The position numbers were made by a program, and so were the translations under genes. The notes under the pieces were generated by a model, which ran no database searches, was not told the DNA's origin, and saw nothing but the letters and a program-made list of their open reading frames with translations. From a virus, in IMG/VR virus record IMGVR_UViG_3300037851_000222, positions 1 through 64,000 of that record: 64,000 bases of DNA. One strand, 5' to 3'. Shown here piece by piece: positions 55,205-63,131 of the stretch. Position 1 is the first letter of the stretch, and the number at the start of each line of letters is the position of its first letter.

Positions 55205-55383
55205 TCATCACCTACCACTTCTGGCACGGCTCCCGCTCGGGGTCGGCAACGTCCCTCGGAGGGCGCTTCTTCTCCGTCTCCGGCAGCAAGACAGGATGGC
55301 GTCGCCGGTCCAAGGTGGAGTGGCCCGACTCCTCCCTCGGCTGGTCCGTCCCCGCGAAGACGAAGCTGAAGAACAAGAAATAA
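55201..55383 (+). CDS. Small S/R/W-rich basic protein
   Basis: AAGGA SD, ATGA overlap. Confidence 0.5.
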   Translation: MIITYHFWHGSRSGSATSLGGRFFSVSGSKTGWRRRSKVEWPDSSLGWSVPAKTKLKNKK

Positions 55384-55426
55384 CCACCACAGCCCTAGCA
55401 TGGGCTTCATCCACAAGGAGAAAAAC

Positions 55427-55705
55427 ATGCCCGTCAGCAAGTCGCCCTTCATCAAGGGCAAGAAGTACCTCATCCGCACCGTGACGATGTACTGGACCGG
55501 CCAGGTCGTCACGGCCGACGCCCAGTTCATCGTCCTCCAGGACGCCGCTTGGGTCGCGGACTGCGGTCGGTACAGCGAGGCCCTGGAGAAGGGCGTCGAC
55601 GGCCTGCGCGAGGTCGAGGCCATCAAGGGCGAGGCCATCGTCAGCATCGGCGCCATCGTGGACGCCGTCGAGTGGCCGCACGCCCTGCCCCGCGCCACCA
55701 AGTGA
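55427..55705 (+). CDS. DUF6948-like small beta-barrel protein
   Basis: GKKYLIRTVTMYWTG...LQDAAWVADCGRY...AIVDAVEW.H.LP. Confidence 0.7.
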   Translation: MPVSKSPFIKGKKYLIRTVTMYWTGQVVTADAQFIVLQDAAWVADCGRYSEALEKGVDGLREVEAIKGEAIVSIGAIVDAVEWPHALPRATK

Positions 55706-55768
55706 CGCCTCCGGTGAGGGGTGGTGACGCGCCGCCCTGATCCGAAGACGCCACACAAGGAGGTTGAT

Positions 55769-56197
55769 ATGCCCACCGTCACCAAGCGCCGTCAGCTTCT
55801 GGCTCGCCCAGCGTTCCGCACCGCCTGCGACATAGGGTTGCTCAAGCCGCATCGCCTGCCCGATGGCTCGGGGTGCTTCACCGCATCCCTGCCGCTGCCC
55901 AAGACCCACTGGCTCTACAACCCGCCCCGGCGTGACGCGCCGCCGATGACGATGCGGATGGAGGCCGGCGCCATGCGCGCCAAGGTGCAGGAGGCCGTGC
56001 GCCAGGCGGTGCGCTACGGGCTGCGCGCGGCCACGCGCAACGGCCAGGACAAGGACTTCGACCCCGACGCCCTGGAGCAGAACATCATCGTGGGCCTGCT
56101 GGGCTACCACACCGACGACGGCTTGAGCGAGGGCACAAGCGCCAACCCGGCGCCGGTGCCTCCGCTCTGCCGGGTGATCTGGAGGAGGAAGCCGTGA
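55769..56197 (+). CDS. Hypothetical protein
   Basis: AAGGAGG SD. Confidence 0.65.
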   Translation: MPTVTKRRQLLARPAFRTACDIGLLKPHRLPDGSGCFTASLPLPKTHWLYNPPRRDAPPMTMRMEAGAMRAKVQEAVRQAVRYGLRAATRNGQDKDFDPDALEQNIIVGLLGYHTDDGLSEGTSANPAPVPPLCRVIWRRKP

Positions 56198-56433
56198 ACT
56201 TCACTGACAAGGGAGACACCTTCCCATTGAACACCTTGGTCTGGTGCGTCCCCAAGCTGTTTGATGAGAAGCCGAAGATCACACAGATTCTTCAACGAGA
56301 CGGCGGTGAGCGCATCATTACCAACAGTGATTTGGCCTCTGACTACCTGTTCGGTGACGAGATACCGGAGCCGCAGACGGTGGTGCGTCCGAAGCCTACC
56401 TGCCAAGTTAAAATAGTCTGGGGGAAGTCGTGA
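56194..56433 (+). CDS. Hypothetical protein
   Basis: GGAGG SD, GTGA overlap. Confidence 0.55.
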   Translation: MNFTDKGDTFPLNTLVWCVPKLFDEKPKITQILQRDGGERIITNSDLASDYLFGDEIPEPQTVVRPKPTCQVKIVWGKS

Positions 56434-56591
56434 ACGCCTGCATGATCCGCGTCGGCTACGAGAAGTCCCCCACCTCCTGGGTGGATTCGTCCGCCATCTG
56501 GTCGTTCTCCGTCTGCCGGACCAGCCGCAATGGCTGCGCGCCGATGTCGGTCGCCAATGACCGCACCTGCTCACGGAATGGTCGGAAATGA
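56430..56591 (+). CDS. MNAC-leader microprotein 1 (not in ORF track)
   Basis: MNACMIRVGYEKSPTSWVDSSAIWSFSVCRTSRNGCAPMSVANDRTCSRNGRK. Confidence 0.65.
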   Translation: MNACMIRVGYEKSPTSWVDSSAIWSFSVCRTSRNGCAPMSVANDRTCSRNGRK

Positions 56592-56779
56592 ACGCCTGCA
56601 TGAGACGAATCGGTTATGAACGGTCGTGGTCGTGGTCGTGGTCGGGGTCGGGGTCGGGGTCGTGGTCGTGGTCGTGGTCGCGGTCGGGGTCGCGGTCGTG
56701 GTCGCGGTCGTGGTCGTGGTCGTGGTCGTGGTCGGGGTCGGGGTCGCGGTCGTGGTCGGTTTCAAGGAGCAGCGAATGA
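56588..56779 (+). CDS. MNAC-leader microprotein 2, S-[WGR] repeat tail
   Basis: MNACMRRIGYE then TCG-NGG hexamers. Confidence 0.7.
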   Translation: MNACMRRIGYERSWSWSWSGSGSGSWSWSWSRSGSRSWSRSWSWSWSWSGSGSRSWSVSRSSE

Positions 56780-57600
56780 CCATCCACATCATCTACCACA
56801 AGGCCGACCTCGATGGCCGGTGCTCGGCGGCCATCGTCCTGCGGCACGTCGGCGGGCGGGCCACCCTCCACCCGTGGAACTACGGGATGCCGGTGCCCGA
56901 AGGCATCGCCCCTGGTGACGACGTGTGGGTCGTGGACTGCTGTCTGCCCAAGGCGGACATGGTCCGGCTGCACGAGACCTGTCACCTCGTGTGGATCGAC
57001 CACCACAAGACGGCGATAGACGAGTGCGGCGGCCTGGACTGCGAGGGCTTGCGCACGGTTGGCAAGGCTGCCTGCCTGCTGGCATGGGAATGCTGCTACC
57101 CGCTGGAGAAGCCGCCGCCCCTCGTTCGCCACATTGGTCTCTACGACGTGTGGGACCACCGCGACCCCAACACCGTGCCGCTCAACTATGCGATTCTGGC
57201 AGACCAGACGGGTGAGGGGCCGCTGGACGAAACAGTGTTTGTGCTTTGGTACCGTGGCGACATAGAGGTCATGGTCGATAAAGGGTGTGCCATCGAAAAC
57301 TGGATCAACTCGCAGAACCACACCAAGGGCGCCGCCTACTGCTACAAGATCGCCTTCCACGGCCACCGAGGCGTCATCTGCAACGGCGAGGTCCACTGGG
57401 CTAAGGCTTACCTGGACAAGGACACCGTCATCGCCATCAGCTACCTCTACGACCCGAACACCGACGCTTGGCGCTTCAGTCTGCGCAGCGAGAGCGTGGA
57501 CTGCGCCGCCCTGGCGAAGCACTACGGCGGGGGAGGGCACAAGGGCGCGGCCGGGTTTGAGATCAAAGGCGACCTGCCGGCGTGGGTATTCGGCAAATGA
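56776..57600 (+). CDS. DHH/DHHA1 phosphoesterase
   Basis: IYHKADLDG, VVD, WIDHH, YDVW, FSLRS, GGGGHKGAAGF. Confidence 0.9.
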   Translation: MTIHIIYHKADLDGRCSAAIVLRHVGGRATLHPWNYGMPVPEGIAPGDDVWVVDCCLPKADMVRLHETCHLVWIDHHKTAIDECGGLDCEGLRTVGKAACLLAWECCYPLEKPPPLVRHIGLYDVWDHRDPNTVPLNYAILADQTGEGPLDETVFVLWYRGDIEVMVDKGCAIENWINSQNHTKGAAYCYKIAFHGHRGVICNGEVHWAKAYLDKDTVIAISYLYDPNTDAWRFSLRSESVDCAALAKHYGGGGHKGAAGFEIKGDLPAWVFGK

Positions 57601-57782
57601 ACGCCTGCATCAAGCGCCTCGGGTATGAACAGTCGTGGTCGTGGTCGGGGTCGGGGTCGGGGTCGTGGTCGGGGTCGTGGTCGGGGTCGCGGTCGTGGTC
57701 GCGGTCGTGGTCGCGGTCGCGGTCGTGGTCGCGGTCGGGGTCGCGGTCGTGGTCGTGGTCGGTTTCAAGGAGCAGCAAATGA
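57597..57782 (+). CDS. MNAC-leader microprotein 3, S-[WGR] repeat tail
   Basis: MNACIKRLGYE then TCG-NGG hexamers. Confidence 0.7.
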   Translation: MNACIKRLGYEQSWSWSGSGSGSWSGSWSGSRSWSRSWSRSRSWSRSGSRSWSWSVSRSSK

Positions 57783-57934
57783 ACGCCTGCATGCTCCGTC
57801 GAGGCCACGAACGAGTCAGGCACTACTGCTCGTGGGTCAACAACAGGCAATCGTCCAGAGGGGCCTGCGGCCAGCCGTTCATGCGGTCATGCTGGGTCTG
57901 GAAGACCAACTACCATTCAGGAGCGAGCCGATGA
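57779..57934 (+). CDS. MNAC-leader microprotein 4
   Basis: MNACMLRRGHE...; AAGGAG SD. Confidence 0.65.
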   Translation: MNACMLRRGHERVRHYCSWVNNRQSSRGACGQPFMRSCWVWKTNYHSGASR

Positions 57935-58089
57935 ACGCCTGCACGCGCCGCATCGGTTATGAAAGCCCCCGTCGCTCGCGGGCTAAGGGTCGGCTGCGTT
58001 CGGCAGTGTGGGCTAAACTGCATCCAATGTCGAGGTCGTGGGCGAGGTCGTGGGCATGGGCAAGGTCGTTTTCAAGGAAAACCCGATGA
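57931..58089 (+). CDS. MNAC-leader microprotein 5
   Basis: MNACTRRIGYE...SRSWARSWAWARSFSR; AGGAG SD. Confidence 0.65.
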   Translation: MNACTRRIGYESPRRSRAKGRLRSAVWAKLHPMSRSWARSWAWARSFSRKTR

Positions 58090-59228
58090 ACCTGCCCCCT
58101 CCTGCTCAACGTGGCTTCCTCCGCGTCGGTCTGTCCATCGGCAAGGCGGAAGAGTTGCTGAACAACCTCCACCGCTATCAGGTGCAGGACGGCTGGGCAC
58201 TGGTCTACGAGAAATCCGTCGAGCGGCGCGACCCATACATCCGATTGAAGAACAAATACCGGAACAACTGCCCCACCGGCAAGCATCACTGGCTGCCTTA
58301 TCTCATGGTGATCCGCTGGCAGGCCTTCAAGCTGCCGAAGTTCAACATCAACGGCGTCAACATCTATCACTCGTCCTACGACAAGCGCGGGACGTGGGGG
58401 TGGGTGTACTTGGAACAGGTCCGCGAATGGCTGCGACAGGTCCAGGCCGTCCCGCCGGAGGCCCTGCGCTATGCCGGAATAGCGGCCAAGCGCACGGGCA
58501 AGCGGTACACCAACGCCAGAAATGAACTGTTGACCCCCGGGCTGCGGCGGCATTGGTCAAAACCCGGGCGGCATTATTACACCCGAGGGTTTCAAGATGC
58601 GATGAACGAGTGCCTATCACCCCCGGCACCGAAGTTCCCCTACAACGACCTGCATTACTATCAGCGCGGCTGGGTCTCCGGCCAGGTCTACAAAATCCGG
58701 CCCGAAATTATCAACAAAATGCCTGAAAAATGGGACGGGGTTATAGGACGGACGCTGGAACTGCCTGAAAACAAAGCACTTACGGATCATCTGGTGCAAC
58801 GCTTCGGTGATTTTGTCCTAAATGGGGGCCGAAATAGGACAACAATACCTGAACATTTCCGTAAAATTATGGATTTTATTATTAAAAACCCTGACTGCAC
58901 CCAGAACCAAGTCATTGCCGGGGTTGGCGTCACGCGCCGCCCCATCAACGAACACATGAAGCAAATGGAGCAGCAGGGCCTCATCTACAAGGCCGGGTTT
59001 CACATGACTGGGCGAAGGAAAAACACGAAGGAAGCACTATGGCGATTATCATGCTCATCGAGTGCAGCACTCACGGGGCAACCCCCTGGGAGTATGACAT
59101 CATCTGCACCTCCTGCCAACGAGTCTACCCCGGCACCATCGGCTGGCCCGAGCAGTGCGCCTGCGGCGCCGACCTCGTCAACGGATCAGCCATGCCCATC
59201 TGCCACCAGTGCTACACCGACAAAGTGA
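58086..59228 (+). CDS. Protein with C-terminal winged-helix DNA-binding domain
   Basis: IMDFIIKNPDCTQNQVIAGVGVTRRPINEHMKQMEQQGLI. Confidence 0.65.
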   Translation: MNLPPPAQRGFLRVGLSIGKAEELLNNLHRYQVQDGWALVYEKSVERRDPYIRLKNKYRNNCPTGKHHWLPYLMVIRWQAFKLPKFNINGVNIYHSSYDKRGTWGWVYLEQVREWLRQVQAVPPEALRYAGIAAKRTGKRYTNARNELLTPGLRRHWSKPGRHYYTRGFQDAMNECLSPPAPKFPYNDLHYYQRGWVSGQVYKIRPEIINKMPEKWDGVIGRTLELPENKALTDHLVQRFGDFVLNGGRNRTTIPEHFRKIMDFIIKNPDCTQNQVIAGVGVTRRPINEHMKQMEQQGLIYKAGFHMTGRRKNTKEALWRLSCSSSAALTGQPPGSMTSSAPPANESTPAPSAGPSSAPAAPTSSTDQPCPSATSATPTK

Positions 59229-59239
59229 AGGAGAACTGA
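59051..59239 (+). CDS. Cys/His zinc-finger protein (paralog of 51458-51736)
   Basis: CSTHG...CTSC...CACG...CHQCY. Confidence 0.7.
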   Translation: MLIECSTHGATPWEYDIICTSCQRVYPGTIGWPEQCACGADLVNGSAMPICHQCYTDKVKEN

Positions 59240-59241
59240 CC

Positions 59242-59427
59242 ATGAAGATCGTCCAAATCCAAATGACCCCGCCGGTCGACACAGAGGATGTATTGTATCA
59301 TAGGCGGCTCGTCGTGCTCACCGACACCGGCCGGCTCTTTGAGGCATCCAAGAAGCCGAGCGGCGAGTGGACTGTTTGGGAAGAAATCAAACTGCCGAAG
59401 GCCGGCGAAGCGACAAAGGACACTTGA
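59242..59427 (+). CDS. Hypothetical protein
   Basis: AAGGAG SD; MKIVQI...LTDTGRLF. Confidence 0.65.
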   Translation: MKIVQIQMTPPVDTEDVLYHRRLVVLTDTGRLFEASKKPSGEWTVWEEIKLPKAGEATKDT

Positions 59428-59567
59428 CACCCTCCCCCACACCATACAACGAAAGCGCGAGCCAAGAGAGGTTGGTATAAACATGGTTGACCAGCCCCAG
59501 CGATATTGCTCCACCGGCAAGGACTACTGCCCGAACTGCGCCGTTGAGAAGCGCAAGGAGAACAACC

Positions 59568-60554
59568 ATGGGTGAGGAACGCTACATAGATGACCCGATG
59601 GACTGCGCGTTCATCGAAATGAAGCCGCCGAAGGGCTGGCAGGAGGGCAAGAGCGACCGGGAGGCGAACCGGCACCGCGCCCTGGTGCGCGAGGCCGGCA
59701 TCAGGCTCCCCTATGCCAAGAAGGTCGACCACGCCTTGAAAGTCCTCCGCAGCGCATCGCAGCGGGATGGGGTCGTGTGGGCGGTCTCGTATAGCGGCGG
59801 CAAAGACTCGACTGTCGCGTCGTTCCTGGCAGAGAAGGTGATGGGCCGCCTCCCCCACGTCTACGCCGACACCCGGCTGGAGTACGCCGCCACCCGGCGG
59901 ACCATCGCCTCCCGGAAGGGGTGCAGCGGCTGCGACCTGCATATCGCCAGGTCGTCCGTGCCGCCGATCAGCGTCTGGCGTGAGGGGTTGCCGTTATTTT
60001 CCAAAGAAATCGCATCTAAAATCCGGCAGTTTCAGAACACCGGCAACGAGGCGCACCTCAAGAAGGTGCCCGAGAAGTTCCACGCCGGCATCCGCGAGTT
60101 GACCCAGCGCGGCATCCGGGTGAGCGAGAAGTGCTGCGATGTCCTGAAGAAAACCCCCATGCGGGCGATGGACAAGCGGCTCGGTATCACCGGTCATATC
60201 ACCGGCGTCAGGGCTGTCGAGAGCCGGGCGCGGAAGCTCGGCTGGCTGGAGCGCGGCGCGCTCTATTACTCGGCGCGGAACAAGATGTGGCTCTGCCACC
60301 CGCTGATCTACTGGACGGCGGCCGACATCGCCCGGTGCATCCGCGAGAACCACTTGGTGATCGAAACCCCGCCACTGCGCGGGTCTGGCTGCGTGTGCTG
60401 CGCCTTCGGCGCGCATATCGCATCCTCACAGGGTAAAGAGAACGCCATCCAACACCTCTACCGGACCAACCGCAAGATGTGGACGGCCTTCGTGGAAAAC
60501 ACCCGGCTGGCCGAGGCGATGGACGTTCTGGAGATCCCCTGCCGTGAGTCCTGA
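59568..60554 (+). CDS. PAPS-reductase-family (PP-loop) protein
   Basis: VSYSGGKDS, DTRLEY, CCDVLKK, TGVRAVESRAR, PLIYWT, GCVCC. Confidence 0.9.
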   Translation: MGEERYIDDPMDCAFIEMKPPKGWQEGKSDREANRHRALVREAGIRLPYAKKVDHALKVLRSASQRDGVVWAVSYSGGKDSTVASFLAEKVMGRLPHVYADTRLEYAATRRTIASRKGCSGCDLHIARSSVPPISVWREGLPLFSKEIASKIRQFQNTGNEAHLKKVPEKFHAGIRELTQRGIRVSEKCCDVLKKTPMRAMDKRLGITGHITGVRAVESRARKLGWLERGALYYSARNKMWLCHPLIYWTAADIARCIRENHLVIETPPLRGSGCVCCAFGAHIASSQGKENAIQHLYRTNRKMWTAFVENTRLAEAMDVLEIPCRES

Positions 60555-60768
60555 CAGCCAAATCCTGTTCATGGCGCTTGGGGTCTGGCAGGACCGGATC
60601 CAAGAAAACAACCTCACGCCATCACAGATGCAGATGGTCCTTCGGCTGGAAGAGTTGAAGAGCGCCATCGTCCAACGCTACCCACAGATGGACTTCGGCT
60701 GTCGGCAGCCGGTCCCCAACCTCGACAACCTCACCAGACTCGGCCCAGGCGCCGAGCCACCTTTCTAG
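60544..60768 (+). CDS. Hypothetical protein
   Basis: Operon packing, GGAG upstream. Confidence 0.5.
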   Translation: MSPDSQILFMALGVWQDRIQENNLTPSQMQMVLRLEELKSAIVQRYPQMDFGCRQPVPNLDNLTRLGPGAEPPF

Positions 60769-60777
60769 GAGACGACC

Positions 60778-61851
60778 ATGCCAGCCCTGACCAACCCCAA
60801 GCCGCCCCCAGAAGGTTTGGAAACGCTCGTCAAGCTGGTCCCGCCTCACCACTACGCGGTTGTGATGGGCGGCCCGCTGTTGTCTCTGTATTTCCGCGAC
60901 AATGACCATTACTTCGGCAACCGTGGCCCGGGTACGGCGACCTGCCGTATGTACCAACTTACCAAACAAGTATCAACACAGAACATCGGGCGCGATGGTT
61001 GGTGTATGAACAACAACTTGAGTATTATTCAACAAGTACATGATGAACAAGCAACCCATTACAGCGACATGGAACTGGGACAGTTGGAACACGGCCTACT
61101 GGCCGACATCCTCAAGGACAAGACCAGAACCAAGAAGTACCACGAGAAGGTCGAACTTGAGCAGGTTGTGGACGGCAAGCTGCATCAAGACATGCCGGAC
61201 CTCCACGCAGAACCACAAGGAGTTCCCATGCTACCGTCGAAGACGAGGGGTGAAGTCATGGCTAACGCCCTTCAACTCACCTTCAACGGCTCCAATATCC
61301 TGTATGGCGGCACCGTCCTGGGCATCTTATCTAAAACCGAGGACGGTTATTTCAACTTCTGGCCCGACAAGGACCGCGACGGCTACTGGCCCGCCCATCT
61401 GCTAATCAGTATTGGCGAGAAGCTGAACGACCTGAACAAGGAGTGGGACGCGCAGGTGAAGCGCGACTTGGCGGCGCTGGAGGCGTTGGACAAGAGCCGG
61501 CGGCCCGCCCTCGACCCCCCAAGCGAGGACAGCCCCGCCACGCGGGCCGGGCTGCTCAAGCTGCACGAGCGCCTGTGCAGCGCGGCTCATGACCTGCTGA
61601 AGTCAAAGAACCAAGACTACGCCGGAGGCGGCGACCCCTACGCCAATTTCCGAGGCTCGGCCACCTTCGGCATCCACCCGATCATCGGCATCCTGTTGAG
61701 GATGCAGGACAAGGCAAAAAGAGTGGAGTCCTTCGCCCTCAAGGGCGAGCTTCAGGTCAAGAGCGAATCCGTGACCGACAGCTTGGTCGACCTGATCAAC
61801 TACTCGGTGCTGATCGCCGGAATGATCGAAGCGGACAGGAAACAAGTCTAA
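60778..61851 (+). CDS. Multidomain protein with C-terminal Nmad1/DUF1599-like domain
   Basis: LKSKNQDYA...ANF...LRMQDKAKR...ESVTDSLVDLINYSV. Confidence 0.75.
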   Translation: MPALTNPKPPPEGLETLVKLVPPHHYAVVMGGPLLSLYFRDNDHYFGNRGPGTATCRMYQLTKQVSTQNIGRDGWCMNNNLSIIQQVHDEQATHYSDMELGQLEHGLLADILKDKTRTKKYHEKVELEQVVDGKLHQDMPDLHAEPQGVPMLPSKTRGEVMANALQLTFNGSNILYGGTVLGILSKTEDGYFNFWPDKDRDGYWPAHLLISIGEKLNDLNKEWDAQVKRDLAALEALDKSRRPALDPPSEDSPATRAGLLKLHERLCSAAHDLLKSKNQDYAGGGDPYANFRGSATFGIHPIIGILLRMQDKAKRVESFALKGELQVKSESVTDSLVDLINYSVLIAGMIEADRKQV

Positions 61852-62218
61852 TGGAAAAACTCATGGGTGTTATGGCAGCAGTAGGGTGTATAATTTTATG
61901 CACAACAATCATCGTCAAAACGATTCACACCCTTTTCTTCTATAAACATGACTGGAGAAAGTGATGTTCACCATCCATATACGGTCCTATGAATGGCGCG
62001 CTGGGCAAGAACCTCCAGCTTGGGCGTTTCTGCACTACGACAAGTCCATCACAAATAGGCATAAGGCAGATTTGGTACCGCACCCGGCTGACGAGTCCGC
62101 GCCATCACAACCTTGACCACGCACGCACCGAGATGTTTGAGACCCTGCGCGACGTGATCCTCCCGACACCGGACCTCCACGAGTGGGGCAAGGCCGTCTG
62201 GAAAGCATTGGAGGGCGT

Positions 62219-62545
62219 ATGACCCGCATTGAAGCCCTCCGCTACGTCCTCACCCTGATCCCGGCCAAACACCCGGCGAAGAAGGTTATTGATAACATTC
62301 TCGCAGGCCACGAAGGCCGCCCGGTCGTTCGGACGCTACTCAAGGATCGCATCTATGACGCCATCAAACGTCGTGAGGGAATGACCAAGGCGGAACTGGC
62401 CCGCGAAGTGGAGACCGACTACACTTCCTTGCAGCGCAACATGGAGGATTTGGTTCGGCAAGGCTTGGTCTCCATAAAGATGGGCTACTCGCGCAAGCGC
62501 CCTCGGCTCATGGTCCAAACTGTCTACACTAAAGGTTCCAAATGA
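62219..62545 (+). CDS. Winged-helix DNA-binding protein
   Basis: IYDAIKRREGMTKAELAREVETDYTSLQRNMEDLVRQGLV. Confidence 0.75.
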   Translation: MTRIEALRYVLTLIPAKHPAKKVIDNILAGHEGRPVVRTLLKDRIYDAIKRREGMTKAELAREVETDYTSLQRNMEDLVRQGLVSIKMGYSRKRPRLMVQTVYTKGSK

Positions 62546-62736
62546 CCGTCCTGCTGGCCACCCGCGACGGCAAGCCCGTCGCCTTCTGCAACGTCTGCGA
62601 CAAGTCGATCCCGCTGCCCCTGCCGTGCGGGATCAGCGACTTGGTGGACCTGCTGCGGGTGTTCATCAACAACCACAAGGCCTGCCGGCCTCCGACTTGG
62701 CAGGACGTTGTTGAGGCTACAAAGAACCCCCGGTAG
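62542..62736 (+). CDS. Small zinc-binding protein
   Basis: CNVC...HKAC. Confidence 0.55.
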   Translation: MTVLLATRDGKPVAFCNVCDKSIPLPLPCGISDLVDLLRVFINNHKACRPPTWQDVVEATKNPR

Positions 62737-62748
62737 TTCCGGGGGTTC
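62724..62748. terminator. GC-rich hairpin
   Basis: GAACCCCCGG-tagtt-CCGGGGGTTC spanning the stop codon; no U tract on + strand. Confidence 0.45.
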
Positions 62749-62795
62749 CGTGGGCCGCAGGAACGCGGCTGCCGGTCTTGAGGAAGACCCCGGCA

Positions 62796-63131
62796 ATGTA
62801 CCATCCGAAGCAAGAAAGCAAGCCAATGTTCGATGATCGCATCCCCGAGTGCCGCCCGTTCTTCGTCGCCTGCCGGAAGCTCAAGCAGGAGTTCATGGAC
62901 GACATCGACGCCCTGCGGCGCTCCATCGCCCACCCCCGGCCAGGCTGCTCCATCAAGCTGCTCATGCAGTCGCATAAAGAGGCAACCCAGGACTACACCA
63001 GCATCATTGAAACCCTCAATGGCAACTTCGACAAGATGAACGACCGAGTCCTCACGGGGCTGCGGAAGTTCACCGACCAGTTGCCGAAAGAGACGCTGGA
63101 ATGGTGCCGGAAGAACGGGATAATGCTCTGA
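62796..63131 (+). CDS. Hypothetical protein
   Basis: GAGGA SD; TGATG coupling to the methylase. Confidence 0.55.
   Translation: MYHPKQESKPMFDDRIPECRPFFVACRKLKQEFMDDIDALRRSIAHPRPGCSIKLLMQSHKEATQDYTSIIETLNGNFDKMNDRVLTGLRKFTDQLPKETLEWCRKNGIML

Noticed and set aside
56430-58089. CRISPR array or diversity-generating retroelement
   Set aside because: Repeats are hexamers or 12-nt gene starts, not 23-50-nt repeats with uniform spacers; no cas genes, no reverse transcriptase and no TR/VR pair with A-specific differences
56616-58089. Poly-GR and poly-V ORFs in the ORF track
   Set aside because: Alternative frames of the same hexamer tracts; the S-x frame carries the conserved leader, SD sites and ATGA coupling
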